Assembly: GCA_964421835.1 (NCBI GenBank)
Contig: CAYQZI010000005.1
Span: 1-43,565, forward strand
Length of the DNA: 43,565 nucleotides
Source of the DNA: an uncultured Planktotalea sp.
GTDB taxonomy: Bacteria; Pseudomonadota; Alphaproteobacteria; Rhodobacterales; Rhodobacteraceae
Reading direction: 5' to 3'
A model generated the notes under the pieces. It did no database searches. It was given only the letters and a program-made list of their open reading frames with translations, and had not been told where the DNA came from. How positions within the stretch are numbered: position 1 is the first letter of the stretch; each line of letters begins with the position of its first letter. A program made the position numbers and the translations under genes. Of the stretch, positions 1 through 10,407 are shown piece after piece.

Positions 1-842
1 AAATCTTCTTCTTTCTTTTCAATGCCTTCGCCAACTTCAAGACGCACAAAGCCTGTGATCTCAACGCCAGCTTCTTTCGCCGCATCCGCAACCGTAAGGT
101 CAGGGTTCACAACGAAAGCTTGACCCAGAAGCGTGCTCTCTGCGAGCCACTTTTTCATGCGGCCAACGATCATTTTCTCGATCACCTGCTCAGGCTTGCC
201 GGATTCGCGTGCGATATCCATCTGAACTTGCTTCTCTTTTTCAACGATTGCCGGGTCCAGATCTGCTTCGGACAAAGCTGCTGGGTTCGCCGCCGCGATG
301 TGCATCGCAACCTGCTTGCCAAACGCTTCGTCTGCGCCGGACAAGCCAACCAGAACACCGATTTTGCCCATGCCAGCAGTCGCGGCGTTGTGCACGTAGG
401 ACACAACTGCAGTGCCCTCGACAACGGCCATGCGGCGCAAGGACATGTTTTCGCCGATTGTTGCAATCTTGTCTGTCAGGACTTCAGACACAGGCTTGCC
501 GCCCATATCCGCGCCTGCAAGCGCTTCCACGTCGGACACACCCATCGCAACGGAGGCGATACCGCCAACCATTTCTTGGAATTCAGCGTTCTTGCCAACG
601 AAGTCAGTTTCGGAGTTAACCTCAACCGCAACACCTTTGCCGCCGTCAACTGCGACTGCCACAAGGCCCTCTGCTGCTGTACGGCCAGATTTCTTCGCCG
701 CTTTCGCAAGGCCCTTGGTGCGCAGCCAATCGATTGCTGCCTCCATGTCGCCGTCAACTTCTGTGAGCGCCTTTTTGGCGTCCATCATGCCTGCGCCGGA
801 TGCGTCGCGCAGTTCTTTAACCATGGCTGCTGTGATTGCCAT
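1..842 (-). CDS. tsf: Translation elongation factor Ts (3' end runs off the window)
   Basis: Not in the ORF track. Manual minus-strand translation from ATG 842 gives [26 protein letters not shown]... and ends ...[20 protein letters not shown] at base 1. AGGAG RBS at 851-855; follows rpsB. Confidence 0.97.
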   Translation of the reverse strand, partial: MAITAAMVKELRDASGAGMMDAKKALTEVDGDMEAAIDWLRTKGLAKAAKKSGRTAAEGLVAVAVDGGKGVAVEVNSETDFVGKNAEFQEMVGGIASVAMGVSDVEALAGADMGGKPVSEVLTDKIATIGENMSLRRMAVVEGTAVVSYVHNAATAGMGKIGVLVGLSGADEAFGKQVAMHIAAANPAALSEADLDPAIVEKEKQVQMDIARESGKPEQVIEKMIVGRMKKWLAESTLLGQAFVVNPDLTVADAAKEAGVEITGFVRLEVGEGIEKKEED

Positions 843-863
843 TTTCATATCTCCTAGAATGGG

Positions 864-894
864 GAAAACGAGGGCGGGGTGGTCCCTGCCCTCG
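864..894 (-). terminator. rpsB-tsf intergenic hairpin with short U tract (possible attenuator)
   Basis: Minus strand CGAGGGCAGGG-acca-CCCCGCCCTCG (one mismatch) followed by TTTT. Confidence 0.55.
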
Positions 895-912
895 CGCGTA
901 AAGGCTTAAGGC

Positions 913-1695
913 TTAGCTTGCTGCTGGTGCTTCAGGAGCCGCTTCTGCAACAACTTCTTCCATTGGTGCTTCTTCCATCGCGCCAAGATCAACACCAGCT
1001 GCGCCAAGCTGAGCGGACATGCCGTCAAGTGCTGCACGGGCTGCGAGATCGGTGTAAAGTGCAATCGCACGGGCCGCATCGTCGTTGCCAGGAATGATGT
1101 AGTCGATGCCATCAGGCGAGCAGTTCGTGTCAACAACAGCAACCACAGGGATGCCAAGTTTGTTGGCTTCTGCAATCGCCAGCGCTTCTTTTTTCACGTC
1201 GATGACGAAGATAAGATCAGGAACGCCGCCCATTTCGCGGATACCGCCGAGGGACGCCTGAAGTTTACCTTGATCGCGCTCCATGCCGAGGCGCTCTTTC
1301 TTGGTCAAACCTTCAAAGCCTGTCTCGAACTTCTCGTCGATGGACTTAAGACGATTGATCGACTGAGAAACTGTTTTCCAGTTTGTCAGCGTGCCGCCGA
1401 GCCAACGGTGGTTCATGTAATACTGTGCGCATTGCTCTGCGGCTGCGGCGACGGGCGCTGCGGCCTGACGCTTTGTGCCAACGAACAAGATACGGCCGCC
1501 CTTTGCGACAGTGTCACGGATCGCGTTCAATGCTGCGTCGAGCATTGGAACCGTCTGTGTAAGATCCATGATGTGGATACCATTGCGCGCGCCGTAAATG
1601 AACGGACCCATACGTGGGTTCCAACGCTGCGTTTGGTGGCCGAAGTGTACGCCTGCTTCAAGCAGTTGGCGCATGGTGAACTCTGGAAGAGCCAT
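913..1695 (-). CDS. rpsB: 30S ribosomal protein S2
   Basis: [29 protein letters not shown] and IPGNDDA motifs; upstream of tsf. Confidence 0.99.
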   Translation of the reverse strand: MALPEFTMRQLLEAGVHFGHQTQRWNPRMGPFIYGARNGIHIMDLTQTVPMLDAALNAIRDTVAKGGRILFVGTKRQAAAPVAAAAEQCAQYYMNHRWLGGTLTNWKTVSQSINRLKSIDEKFETGFEGLTKKERLGMERDQGKLQASLGGIREMGGVPDLIFVIDVKKEALAIAEANKLGIPVVAVVDTNCSPDGIDYIIPGNDDAARAIALYTDLAARAALDGMSAQLGAAGVDLGAMEEAPMEEVVAEAAPEAPAAS

Positions 1696-1843
1696 GTCGT
1701 TTTCCTTTTCCGGTTTCGCCTTGGTGGGGGTGATGAACGGATGTTCAAACCGGCGGACTGCTCAAGGATTTCTCCCCCAAGAGCCCATCCCCACCTGCGG
1801 GATTTAGTAGGGCGCGTTTACGCGGCCTTTTTGCATTGATCAA
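1696..1843 (-). promoter_or_regulatory. rpsB promoter and structured 5' leader
   Basis: Complementary arms GGTGGGG (1723-1729) / CCCCACC (1789-1795). Possible -35 TTGATC (1843-1838), 17-nt spacer, -10 TAAACG (1820-1815). Confidence 0.45.
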
Positions 1844-1849
1844 GTGGTT

Positions 1850-2755
1850 TTATCGCGAGCCTGTGACGCGCATAATCGCAGTGCCATTCGCGCCATCGGT
1901 GATTTGCGCGATTGCTGCCGCTTCCTCGCCATTTGGTCCGCCAAAAAGGCCAAGCGCGTTGACGGTTTGCGCGCCCGAATTCAGATCAGACGCGCCGGTA
2001 AATCCGGTCACAGAACCAGTCGTTGCGCCGCTAGAGCGGAACTGCGTGCCAACGACAACCATGTCGTCGATTTCGATTGTGCCGCCATTTGAATAAGCAA
2101 CGCCATCAATCGTGCCATTTGGGTTTCTAAGGGACATATCTACGCTGCCTATTGCAAAATTCGCTTCGATGCGCGCGCTCATGGTTCCGGTGAATGTTTG
2201 CGCTGTGGGTGCGTTTACATAAACCACATCGCCCGTGCCATTATAAGTTGCCCGCCCGCCCGGCAAAGCGCCCAAAGGCGTTGGCACCACAATCGCAAGA
2301 TTGTTGCCACCGTTGATCAAGCGCGCCGCATAGCCTGCACCATCGGCATTCACCGAAAACGCATCGCTGCCAACTGTCGCTTCAATGGTGGCGGGATCAT
2401 AGCTCGCATTCGCGCTCGCAATTGCGCCTGTGCTGGAATTGAACGTCAAAACGCTGACGGGTGTCACAGCGCCAATGCCTGCCAAAGCAGTCGGCGTAGT
2501 GCTTGAAGGATCGCCAATTGTGGTGTTTGGCGCAACCACGCCTGTGCGCGTGCCTGGAAAAACCGCTGCGCTGAACCCGATCGATGTCTCTGCGCCCGTC
2601 TCATTGTTGCGGGTCACGTTGTCACCGGAATTTACCTCGTTTGGTGTTTCTTCAACTGGTGCTTCCGCCATGTCCTCCTGCGCGGAAACGCAGGCACTTA
2701 ACACAGCAGCAGCGGCGCTGATCCAAACAAAACGGATTGCGCGATTGATCTGCAT
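1850..2755 (-). CDS. Surface lipoprotein with TbpB-like C-terminal beta-barrel
   Basis: Signal peptide with LSAC lipobox, low-complexity linker, then ATYNG...ANF...GLFGGPNGEEAAA pattern typical of transferrin-binding-protein-like barrels. Start at 2755 or 2782. Confidence 0.65.
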   Translation of the reverse strand: MQINRAIRFVWISAAAAVLSACVSAQEDMAEAPVEETPNEVNSGDNVTRNNETGAETSIGFSAAVFPGTRTGVVAPNTTIGDPSSTTPTALAGIGAVTPVSVLTFNSSTGAIASANASYDPATIEATVGSDAFSVNADGAGYAARLINGGNNLAIVVPTPLGALPGGRATYNGTGDVVYVNAPTAQTFTGTMSARIEANFAIGSVDMSLRNPNGTIDGVAYSNGGTIEIDDMVVVGTQFRSSGATTGSVTGFTGASDLNSGAQTVNALGLFGGPNGEEAAAIAQITDGANGTAIMRVTGSR

Positions 2756-2797
2756 CGGCCGTGGGTCTAACAAAAACTGCATTCTACGCGCTCCACG

Positions 2798-4249
2798 CTA
2801 CACAAAGTCAAAAATGTCGGAAAACGAAACCGCGAGCAATTCAGCGGCGGTGACATCGATGAATAAGATCTGATTTGCATAGCTCTCAAATAGAACGCCA
2901 TCCGCAGTATCGGTCAAATAATTGCTTAGATTATTTCTGAGATCATTGCGGAGCGAAAAGTTAATATCATCCAGCTCGATCTTATCGATACCAATCTCGA
3001 AATCTCGCGAGGCACGGGCGATCAACTCCGATATCGTCGAAGAGGACCCATTCAGCACCGTATTAATGTCGTTCGCACTGACATGGCCGATCACATCAGG
3101 CCCGAGAATACGAAACGCTTCGGCAGCGCCATTGGTATAATGATCGTTCGCTTTAAAATAAAACACATCTGCGCCGCCGCCGCCTTGCAGAAAGTCGCTG
3201 CCGCGCCCACCGTTGATGACATCCTCGCCCGAAAGAAACTGCGAAGGGCGATCCCCCAACAGCAGATCATTGCCAAGACCGCCTTCAAGCGTGTCATTGC
3301 CAAAGCCACCCATAAAGAAATCATCGATTTCAAGATTGGTATTCGGGGTCGGCGAAAAGTCGAACAGACCACCGCTGTCCGTAATCGTATTCGCCCCCAT
3401 GACCGCAATGGCCGTATCTCTGCCGTTGCCCCCATCAAAGAGGTCCTGCCCCGTCAGGATCGCGAAATCATCCCCATCAGAGCCGAAAACCGTATCCGCC
3501 CCGCGCGAAGCGCTGAAAAAATCACTGACGCTTGAACCGTGCAGATATTCCGAGGCATTTGTGCCGAAAATCTTCAGCATTTGCAGATCATCGTTGAATT
3601 CGGTCTCGTAGGATTCGCTGCCATAAAGAAACTGGATCAGCTCAATATCCGCTGTGCCTAATTCGCTTGGGTTGGAGCCATCCGTATAGGACATGATCGT
3701 GACGTCCGTATTGTCGCGTGCAGGGTCGATGATGAAATCGCCGTCAAACGGATGCTCAAGCCCAAGCGCATGACCAATCTCGTGCAGCATGGTCTCAAAA
3801 CCACGCTCGCCCACATTGTAACTGGTTTCGTCGCCATAAGCTGTCGCGTTCATAAAGACATCGCCGCCGATGCTGTCGTGAAAGATCACCTGCTCGCCCG
3901 GTTGATGTTCAAACGCAAAAGGTAAATAGGCAAAGCCGGCTGCAGGGCGCCCTTCGACAGAAGACATGCCGCTTTCATCGATCATCGTAAGCGTGATGTC
4001 GCCCGTGCCCTCGACCTCTAGAAAGGTGAGGCCACTGACCTCTTCCCATTTGTCAAACGCATCGCGCACACCGCTCTTTTGCATGTCGCTAAAAGGGGTA
4101 ATGCTTGCCGTCGTGCGCACGTCATAAGCCGTCAAAGTCGTCATGAACGAATAGGTGATTACGACAGGCGTTCCGAGCGGTTGCCCGGTGTTCCAGCGAA
4201 AAAGATGACCTTCTGTTGAAATACTCAATGCGTCAGATGACAGCGGCAT
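2798..4249 (-). CDS. Serralysin-like M10 zinc metalloprotease with RTX Ca-binding repeats
   Basis: HEIGHALGLEH (HExxHxxGxxH), Met-turn TIMSY, and several GGxGxD repeats (GGNGRD, GGFGND, GGLGND, GGRGSD, GGGGAD). Confidence 0.9.
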   Translation of the reverse strand: MPLSSDALSISTEGHLFRWNTGQPLGTPVVITYSFMTTLTAYDVRTTASITPFSDMQKSGVRDAFDKWEEVSGLTFLEVEGTGDITLTMIDESGMSSVEGRPAAGFAYLPFAFEHQPGEQVIFHDSIGGDVFMNATAYGDETSYNVGERGFETMLHEIGHALGLEHPFDGDFIIDPARDNTDVTIMSYTDGSNPSELGTADIELIQFLYGSESYETEFNDDLQMLKIFGTNASEYLHGSSVSDFFSASRGADTVFGSDGDDFAILTGQDLFDGGNGRDTAIAVMGANTITDSGGLFDFSPTPNTNLEIDDFFMGGFGNDTLEGGLGNDLLLGDRPSQFLSGEDVINGGRGSDFLQGGGGADVFYFKANDHYTNGAAEAFRILGPDVIGHVSANDINTVLNGSSSTISELIARASRDFEIGIDKIELDDINFSLRNDLRNNLSNYLTDTADGVLFESYANQILFIDVTAAELLAVSFSDIFDFV

Positions 4250-4351
4250 AACAGACTTTTAAACTCTTAAGACAAATAGATTTATTGCTTTGTCCGAGAG
4301 TAAAACACAGATCCATCCAAGTTTCAATTTCAACGCGGATCTTGGTTTACA

Positions 4352-5296
4352 TTAGCCTAATTTCGCCGCCCGCGCATCGCGCAGCCGCGCGAAATCATCG
4401 CCCGCATGATAAGACGAGCGCGTCAAAGGCGTAGCAGAGACCATCAAGAACCCTTTGCCCCATGCGGCTTTCTCATAGGCTTTGAATTCATCAGGCTCGA
4501 CGAAACGCGCCACCCCGTGGTGCTTGGGCGTAGGCTGCAAATATTGACCGATCGTTAGGAAATCTACATCTGCCGCGCGCATATCGTCCATGACTTGCTG
4601 CACCGATTGCTTATCCTCGCCAAGGCCGACCATAATGCCTGACTTGGTAAAGATGCTTGGATCCATTTCCTTCACTTGTTGAAGCAGGCGCAGCGAGTGA
4701 AAATATCGCGCACCCGGCCGCACTGTCGGATACAAACCTGGCACAGTTTCAAGGTTGTGATTGAACACATCGGGGCGCGCTTCAACCACCGCTTCGACAG
4801 CACTGATCGGGCATTTCAGGAAATCAGGTGTTAAAACCTCAATCGTGGTCTTGGGGGCGCGATGGCGCACGGCGCGAATGGTTTGCGCGATATGCTCAGC
4901 GCCGCCATCGTTCAGATCGTCGCGATCCACTGAGGTGATTACAACATGGTTCAACCCAAGCGTTTCGACAGCATGGGCCACCCTGCCCGGCTCGAACGCG
5001 TCCAATGCATCTGGCTTGCCAGTGGCAATATTGCAGAACGTGCAGCCACGCGTGCAAATATCGCCCATGATCATCATGGTTGCGTGCCCTTGGTTCCAAC
5101 ATTCGCCAACATTCGGACAGCTGGCTTCTTCGCAGACTGTCACCAGCTTGTTTTCACGCAAAATATTGCGGGTTTCTTTATAGCCTGCCCCTGTGGGCGC
5201 TTTGACGCGGATCCAGCTTGGCTTTTTGGGCTGTGCATTGTCAGGGCGATGCGCCTTTTCAGGGTGACGCTGGTCAGGAATTTTCAAATCGCGCAT
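4352..5296 (-). CDS. lipA: Lipoyl synthase
   Basis: [20 protein letters not shown] radical SAM motif and C-terminal RSSYHA. Confidence 0.98.
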   Translation of the reverse strand: MRDLKIPDQRHPEKAHRPDNAQPKKPSWIRVKAPTGAGYKETRNILRENKLVTVCEEASCPNVGECWNQGHATMMIMGDICTRGCTFCNIATGKPDALDAFEPGRVAHAVETLGLNHVVITSVDRDDLNDGGAEHIAQTIRAVRHRAPKTTIEVLTPDFLKCPISAVEAVVEARPDVFNHNLETVPGLYPTVRPGARYFHSLRLLQQVKEMDPSIFTKSGIMVGLGEDKQSVQQVMDDMRAADVDFLTIGQYLQPTPKHHGVARFVEPDEFKAYEKAAWGKGFLMVSATPLTRSSYHAGDDFARLRDARAAKLG

Positions 5297-5418
5297 AGCT
5301 CAACTCTCGCAAGACTGATGTTGACCTAGACATAACATACATTCTTGCAACAGCCAGCCCGCAGATTGCATAGCTGCTCTGCGCGATTGATAAATCTTGA
5401 GAGGTTTTGCGAGGGGCG

Positions 5419-6531
5419 TTACCCGATCAGCACATCGCCAAGCTCGATCTCGTAGAACTGGCGCAAACGTTGCAGCGCAATGCGCAGAACAATCTTGCCA
5501 GAACGCGCAGACCAGCCCATGCGCTTTTCAGCGGTTTCAAGCCCTTCAAGGTAGCAGCAACAGCGCAAGGCCACATCCCCAAGCCCGGGGCCTAAATAGC
5601 GCAGCGCCTTGGCCACGCGTTCGCGCGCCGCGCTAGGAGCGCCACCGGCAGTGCCACCCTGAGACGGCCCGCCAATATCGCTGCCAGCTGTTAGAAAATT
5701 ATCCCAATTTTGTGCAACCCGTGGCCCCATTTGCGCCAACTCGAAGTCTTCGCGAAGGCGCTCGGCGGCATTCACCAAAACTTCGCTCAAAAACGGCGTG
5801 CCATCTTTGTCCTTGCGCCGCGCCAATGCGGCAACGGGGCTTTCGGCAGTGTTATATCGCACACGCCGCGCGCGGCTGCTTTCGTCGATTTTTTCACCGT
5901 AATTGCCGCCCTGTTCAAGCTGGCTGGACATGCCGGCCTCGGACAGCTCAGCAAGTTTCGCGCGCCCTGCTGCGGTGATTTTGTAACGCGAAATCCGCCC
6001 GGGATTGGCGCAATCGACCCAAGCATTCAGAGCCAAGACCGCCACAAATTCAGCCGACACTGAGGCGGTTTTATTGGTGCCGCCAGCTTGATTTTCACGC
6101 ACGACAACTGCGGTTTCCATGCCCTCTGCAACCGCAAGAACAGACCCCGCTTCACACAGCCGGCGCAAAATACGCAAAGTCTGTTGATCCATGCTGGCCG
6201 CATCATTGCTAAACCCTTTGGTTCTGGGAATGTCACTCATGCTGCTTGTCTCCTTGGCGCAAAATGAAGGTGTGCCGTGGAAATAATTGGAACTTAACGA
6301 ATGCAGGGCGCGATCCACCAAAGGATCGTCGCGGCGCACTTCGATTTTGCGAATTTGACGCAAAACCGTAGAGGCGTGGCATCCAGCGCGGCGCGCAACT
6401 TCACGGATCGGTAAACCCGCTTGCGTATGCGTCAGATATCGCTGCACAGGCTCGGGGACCCAAGCAGGGATCCCCGGTTGCGTCCTTTGCAAAGCGCTCG
6501 CTTGCGGTGCATGTGAATGAGTATCTGTCAC
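5419..6531 (-). CDS. gafA: GTA transcriptional activator GafA (N-terminal HTH plus DUF6456-type C-terminus)
   Basis: N-terminal IREVARRAGCHASTVLRQIRKIE..RDDPLVD. C-terminal AESP..LARRKDKDG, AERLREDFE, CC.LEGLETAEKRMGWSARSGKIVLRIALQRL. Located next to lipA and near guaA, as in Rhodobacterales. Likely start GTG 6531 (AGGA upstream); track start is TTG 6564. Confidence 0.88.
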   Translation of the reverse strand: MTDTHSHAPQASALQRTQPGIPAWVPEPVQRYLTHTQAGLPIREVARRAGCHASTVLRQIRKIEVRRDDPLVDRALHSLSSNYFHGTPSFCAKETSSMSDIPRTKGFSNDAASMDQQTLRILRRLCEAGSVLAVAEGMETAVVVRENQAGGTNKTASVSAEFVAVLALNAWVDCANPGRISRYKITAAGRAKLAELSEAGMSSQLEQGGNYGEKIDESSRARRVRYNTAESPVAALARRKDKDGTPFLSEVLVNAAERLREDFELAQMGPRVAQNWDNFLTAGSDIGGPSQGGTAGGAPSAARERVAKALRYLGPGLGDVALRCCCYLEGLETAEKRMGWSARSGKIVLRIALQRLRQFYEIELGDVLIG

Positions 6532-6593
6532 AAGTCCTGACCCTGTTATTAGAAAGTTATCCAAAGATTAATCCACAACTACGGCACTAATTG

Positions 6594-6609
6594 TTACGTT
6601 TTGGTTAAC
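6594..6609. promoter_or_regulatory. CtrA-binding site (one mismatch) in the gafA/gafB intergenic region
   Basis: TTAC-GTTTTGG-TTAAC versus consensus TTAA-N7-TTAAC. Confidence 0.65.
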
Positions 6610-6749
6610 AATAATGCGTTCGTTAAGTATTGTTTTTAATTGATAAACAATTCTCAACATGGCGCGCGCCTCCTCGGCATGAATCGCAACACACCCTTAG
6701 GTTGAGTAATTCTGTGCCCCTCTGCCATGCCACACTGAGGGGACAGATA

Positions 6750-7049
6750 ATGTTGGATCTAAAATCACAGTTGAAGACTTTGAAGCGACCAAAGCTTTTG
6801 GTCAAAGCCGCGGGCTTTGGATTAAAAGACTATCGCCGCAAAACCCATCTTAAACGGATCTTGGGCGGCGCTGTGCCTGCCAAGACCAATGCAGTTATTT
6901 TGCAGCTCTTCGATCTAGAGAACCATCTGAACATGCTGCGAAAAACCCGCGACACCACGTATAGCGCCGCGCGTCACATTGACGTTCTTGTGGCTTTGAT
7001 TGCCGAGAACCAAACGAGCGTGGAAAGTGCCAATAAGGCCCCGCGCTAG
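6750..7049 (+). CDS. gafB: GafB / rcc01866-like protein (DUF6477 type), divergent from gafA
   Basis: ATG 6750 after GAGGGGA. LKRPKLLVKAA..G...YRR..HL and YSAARHIDVLVALIAE motifs. Divergent position relative to gafA. Confidence 0.75.
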   Translation: MLDLKSQLKTLKRPKLLVKAAGFGLKDYRRKTHLKRILGGAVPAKTNAVILQLFDLENHLNMLRKTRDTTYSAARHIDVLVALIAENQTSVESANKAPR

Positions 7050-7052
7050 GGA

Positions 7053-8600
7053 TTACACAAACGCATCCGGCATAGAGGCCTTTTTAGCCTCAACATAGGC
7101 ATTGAGCTTTGCCAAAATCTCCGGATCAAGCGCAGGTTGCTGGTAAGTCGCCAGCATGTGCTCGACGCGCGCCGTGGCAAGGGTTTGGGTATCGCGCGCA
7201 CCCTCGTCGTGCCAAGTCTCAAAGGGTTTGTAATCAAACACATCGGTGCGCCAGAATGCTGTTTTAAAGTTGTTTTGTGTGTGCTCACAGCCAAGATAGT
7301 GACCGCCCGGCCCAACTTCGCGGATTGCGTCCATGGCTTGGGCGTTCTCATCCACGTCTACCCCGCGGGCAAGGTGGTGCAGGATACCAAGCTGATCCGC
7401 GTCAACGACGAATTTCTCGAACGAGGACACAAGCCCCCCCTCTAGCCAGCCACACGCGTGCAGCATGAAATTCACCCCGCCCATGAGCGCCGCGTTATGG
7501 GTGTGCGCCGTTTCATAGGCAGATTGCGCATCGGGTAATTTAGAGCCGCAAAGCCCCCCGCCAGAGCGAAACGGCAGCCCCAAACGGCGCGCCAGCTGGC
7601 CAGCACCATAGAGAATGTGGCTTGCCTCGGGCGTGCCGAACGTGGGCGCGCCGGAATTCATATCAATCGAAGTAACAAAAGCGCCCGCAATCACTGGCGC
7701 GCCGGGACGCACCAACTGGCTATAGGCGACACCCGCGAGCAGCTCGACCAAGACCTGCGTCAAAGTCCCCGCGACCGACACAGGCGCCATCGCGCCGCCA
7801 ACAATAAAGGGCGAGACGATGCAGGCTTGGTTGTTTTTCGCATAAACCTCCAAAGCGCCCATCATGATGTCATCAAAGGTCATGGGGGAGTTGATGTTAA
7901 TCAGCGATGTCATCACTGTGTTTTCCTGAACAAACTCTTTGCCGAACAGGATTTCGCACATCTCGACACTGTCTTGTGCGCGGCTGGGATCCGTGACCGA
8001 ACCCATAAAGGGTTTATCGCTTAGGGTCATATGCGCCAGCAACATATCAAGGTGACGCTTGTTCACCGCCACATCCGTCGGCTCGCACACAGTGCCGCCA
8101 GAGTGGTGCAGCCATTTGGACATATAGCCAAGCTTCACGAATTTTTGGAAATCATCCATCGTTGCATAGCGCCGCCCACCTGCCGCGTCGCGCACGAAAG
8201 GCGGGCCATAAACCGGCGCGCAAACCAATGTATTGCCGCCGATCACCACATTGCGCTCTGGATTGCGCGCATGTTGGGTGAAACTTGCGGGTGCAGTTTT
8301 GCACAGCTCGCGCGCAAGCCCTTTGGGCACGCGCACGCGCTCACCCTCGATAAGTGCGCCAGCAGCGCGCCAACGTTCAAGCGCAGCGGGGTTGTTTACA
8401 AAATTGACGCCGATTTCTTCAAGGATTTGCTCGGCATTCGCTTCAATCACCTCGAGCGCAGCTTCGCTCAGCACTTCATAGTTGGGGATGTTGCGCTCGA
8501 TATATTTCGCAGTTTCAAAGCTAACGGATGTGCGTTCTGCACGGCGCGCGGCGCCGCCACCTCCACGGGTTCTGCGTGTACGTGCTGCTGCTTCGGCCAT
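7053..8600 (-). CDS. Trimethylamine methyltransferase (MttB/MtgB) family protein, non-pyrrolysine
   Basis: GAMAPVSVAG, DMNSGAPTFGTPE, KLPDAQSAYE, HACGWLEGGL, EVGPGGHYLG motifs; no in-frame TAG. Start at 8600 preferred. Confidence 0.9.
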   Translation of the reverse strand: MAEAAARTRRTRGGGGAARRAERTSVSFETAKYIERNIPNYEVLSEAALEVIEANAEQILEEIGVNFVNNPAALERWRAAGALIEGERVRVPKGLARELCKTAPASFTQHARNPERNVVIGGNTLVCAPVYGPPFVRDAAGGRRYATMDDFQKFVKLGYMSKWLHHSGGTVCEPTDVAVNKRHLDMLLAHMTLSDKPFMGSVTDPSRAQDSVEMCEILFGKEFVQENTVMTSLININSPMTFDDIMMGALEVYAKNNQACIVSPFIVGGAMAPVSVAGTLTQVLVELLAGVAYSQLVRPGAPVIAGAFVTSIDMNSGAPTFGTPEASHILYGAGQLARRLGLPFRSGGGLCGSKLPDAQSAYETAHTHNAALMGGVNFMLHACGWLEGGLVSSFEKFVVDADQLGILHHLARGVDVDENAQAMDAIREVGPGGHYLGCEHTQNNFKTAFWRTDVFDYKPFETWHDEGARDTQTLATARVEHMLATYQQPALDPEILAKLNAYVEAKKASMPDAFV

Positions 8601-8786
8601 AATCGTGATCCCCACATTGAAAGACATGCGTTGCTTTGTTGTCTCTTCTTAAGCCCGCGCGCGTCTGTGAAAGCGCAAAATAGCGGCCCTTGGGGTGAAA
8701 AAGCGACCTTTCCGTGAAATCGTTTCCGCGCAATCATCGCTAAGAGCGAATTGACCTCTGCTGCGCCCTGCCCTAGAGCACGAAGC

Positions 8787-10361
8787 ATGACAGAGATATC
8801 CCATGACCGCCTTCTTATTATCGACTTTGGCAGCCAGGTGACGCAGCTGATCGCGCGCCGCCTGCGTGAGCTGAATGTCTATTGTGAAATTCACCCCTAT
8901 CAGAACGTCACAGATGCGTTTTTGTCCGATTTTGCCCCCAAAGCGGTTATTCTGTCCGGTGGCCCTGATAGCGTGACGCGTGAAGGCAGCCCCCGCGCGC
9001 CAGAGAGCCTTTTTACTTTTGGCGTGCCTGTTCTTGGGATTTGCTATGGTCAGCAAGTCATGATGGAGCAGCTTGGCGGCAAGGTCGAGGGTGGCAAGAT
9101 ATCCGGCGGTGGCGGCACCGCTGAATTTGGCCGTGCGTTTGTTACGCCTGAGAACACATTGCCCTTGCTTGAGGGTTGGTTTGCGGATGGCAAAGAGCAA
9201 GTCTGGATGAGCCACGGCGATCACGTCTCTGCCCTGGCGCCCGGATTTGAAGTCTTTGGCACATCCCCGAACGCTCCTTATGCGATCACCGCAGATAGCG
9301 CGCGCAATTTTTATGCGGTGCAGTTTCATCCTGAAGTGCATCACACCCCTAATGGCGCGAAACTCTATGAAAATTTCGTGCGCCTTGCCGGATTTAGCGG
9401 CGATTGGACGATGGATGCGTACCGCGAGCAAGCGATTGCCGCGATCCGCGCGCAAGTCGGCGACAAAAAGGTGATCTGCGGACTTTCGGGCGGTGTTGAT
9501 AGCTCTGTTGCTGCGGTTCTTATTCACGAAGCGATTGGCGATCAGCTCACCTGTGTGTTTGTGGATCACGGCTTGCTGCGCAAAGGCGAAGCGGACGAGG
9601 TCGTCGCGATGTTCCGCGACAATTACAACATGCAGTTTATTCACGCGCAGGAACAAGAATTGTTCCTTGGCGAGCTGGATGGGCAGGACGATCCTGAAAC
9701 CAAACGCAAGATTATTGGCCGTTTGTTTATTGACGTGTTTCAGAAATATGCAGGTCAGATTGAGGGCGCCGAGTTTTTGGCTCAAGGCACGCTGTACCCT
9801 GATGTTATTGAAAGCGTGAGCTTTTCAGGCGGTCCTTCTGTGACGATCAAATCACATCATAATGTGGGTGGATTGCCCGAAAAGATGGGTTTGAAGCTGG
9901 TAGAGCCTTTGCGCGAATTGTTCAAAGACGAAGTGCGCGCGCTTGGCCGCGAGCTGGGTCTTCCGTCCTCTTTCATCGGACGTCATCCCTTTCCGGGGCC
10001 TGGTCTTGCTATTCGGTGCCCGGGTGAAATCACCCGCGCCAAGCTTGATATTTTGCGCGAAGCGGATGCCGTTTACATTGATCAGATCCGCAAACATGGG
10101 CTTTATGACGAGATTTGGCAGGCTTTTGTCGCTATCTTGCCTGTGCGCACGGTTGGTGTGATGGGCGATGGGCGGACGTATGATTTTGCCTGCGCGCTGC
10201 GTGCTGTGACCTCTGTCGATGGGATGACAGCGGATTATTACCCCTTTAGCCATGAATTTCTGGGCGAAACGGCGACGCGGATTATCAATGAGGTGCCTGG
10301 GATTAACCGCGTGACCTATGATATTACCTCGAAACCGCCCGGAACGATTGAATGGGAATGA
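8787..10361 (+). CDS. guaA: GMP synthase (glutamine-hydrolysing)
   Basis: IIDFGSQ, GICYG, QFHPEV, SGGVDS and C-terminal [10 protein letters not shown]. Confidence 0.99.
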   Translation: MTEISHDRLLIIDFGSQVTQLIARRLRELNVYCEIHPYQNVTDAFLSDFAPKAVILSGGPDSVTREGSPRAPESLFTFGVPVLGICYGQQVMMEQLGGKVEGGKISGGGGTAEFGRAFVTPENTLPLLEGWFADGKEQVWMSHGDHVSALAPGFEVFGTSPNAPYAITADSARNFYAVQFHPEVHHTPNGAKLYENFVRLAGFSGDWTMDAYREQAIAAIRAQVGDKKVICGLSGGVDSSVAAVLIHEAIGDQLTCVFVDHGLLRKGEADEVVAMFRDNYNMQFIHAQEQELFLGELDGQDDPETKRKIIGRLFIDVFQKYAGQIEGAEFLAQGTLYPDVIESVSFSGGPSVTIKSHHNVGGLPEKMGLKLVEPLRELFKDEVRALGRELGLPSSFIGRHPFPGPGLAIRCPGEITRAKLDILREADAVYIDQIRKHGLYDEIWQAFVAILPVRTVGVMGDGRTYDFACALRAVTSVDGMTADYYPFSHEFLGETATRIINEVPGINRVTYDITSKPPGTIEWE

Positions 10362-10407
10362 GCGTGTTTTTTTCATCGTGGCCCATTGAAGTGAGTTTAT
10401 AGGCAAG

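Noticed and set aside
120-909. Plus-strand ORFs 120..857, 209..619 and 412..909
   Set aside because: Antisense shadows of tsf, which the track missed because it runs off the window.
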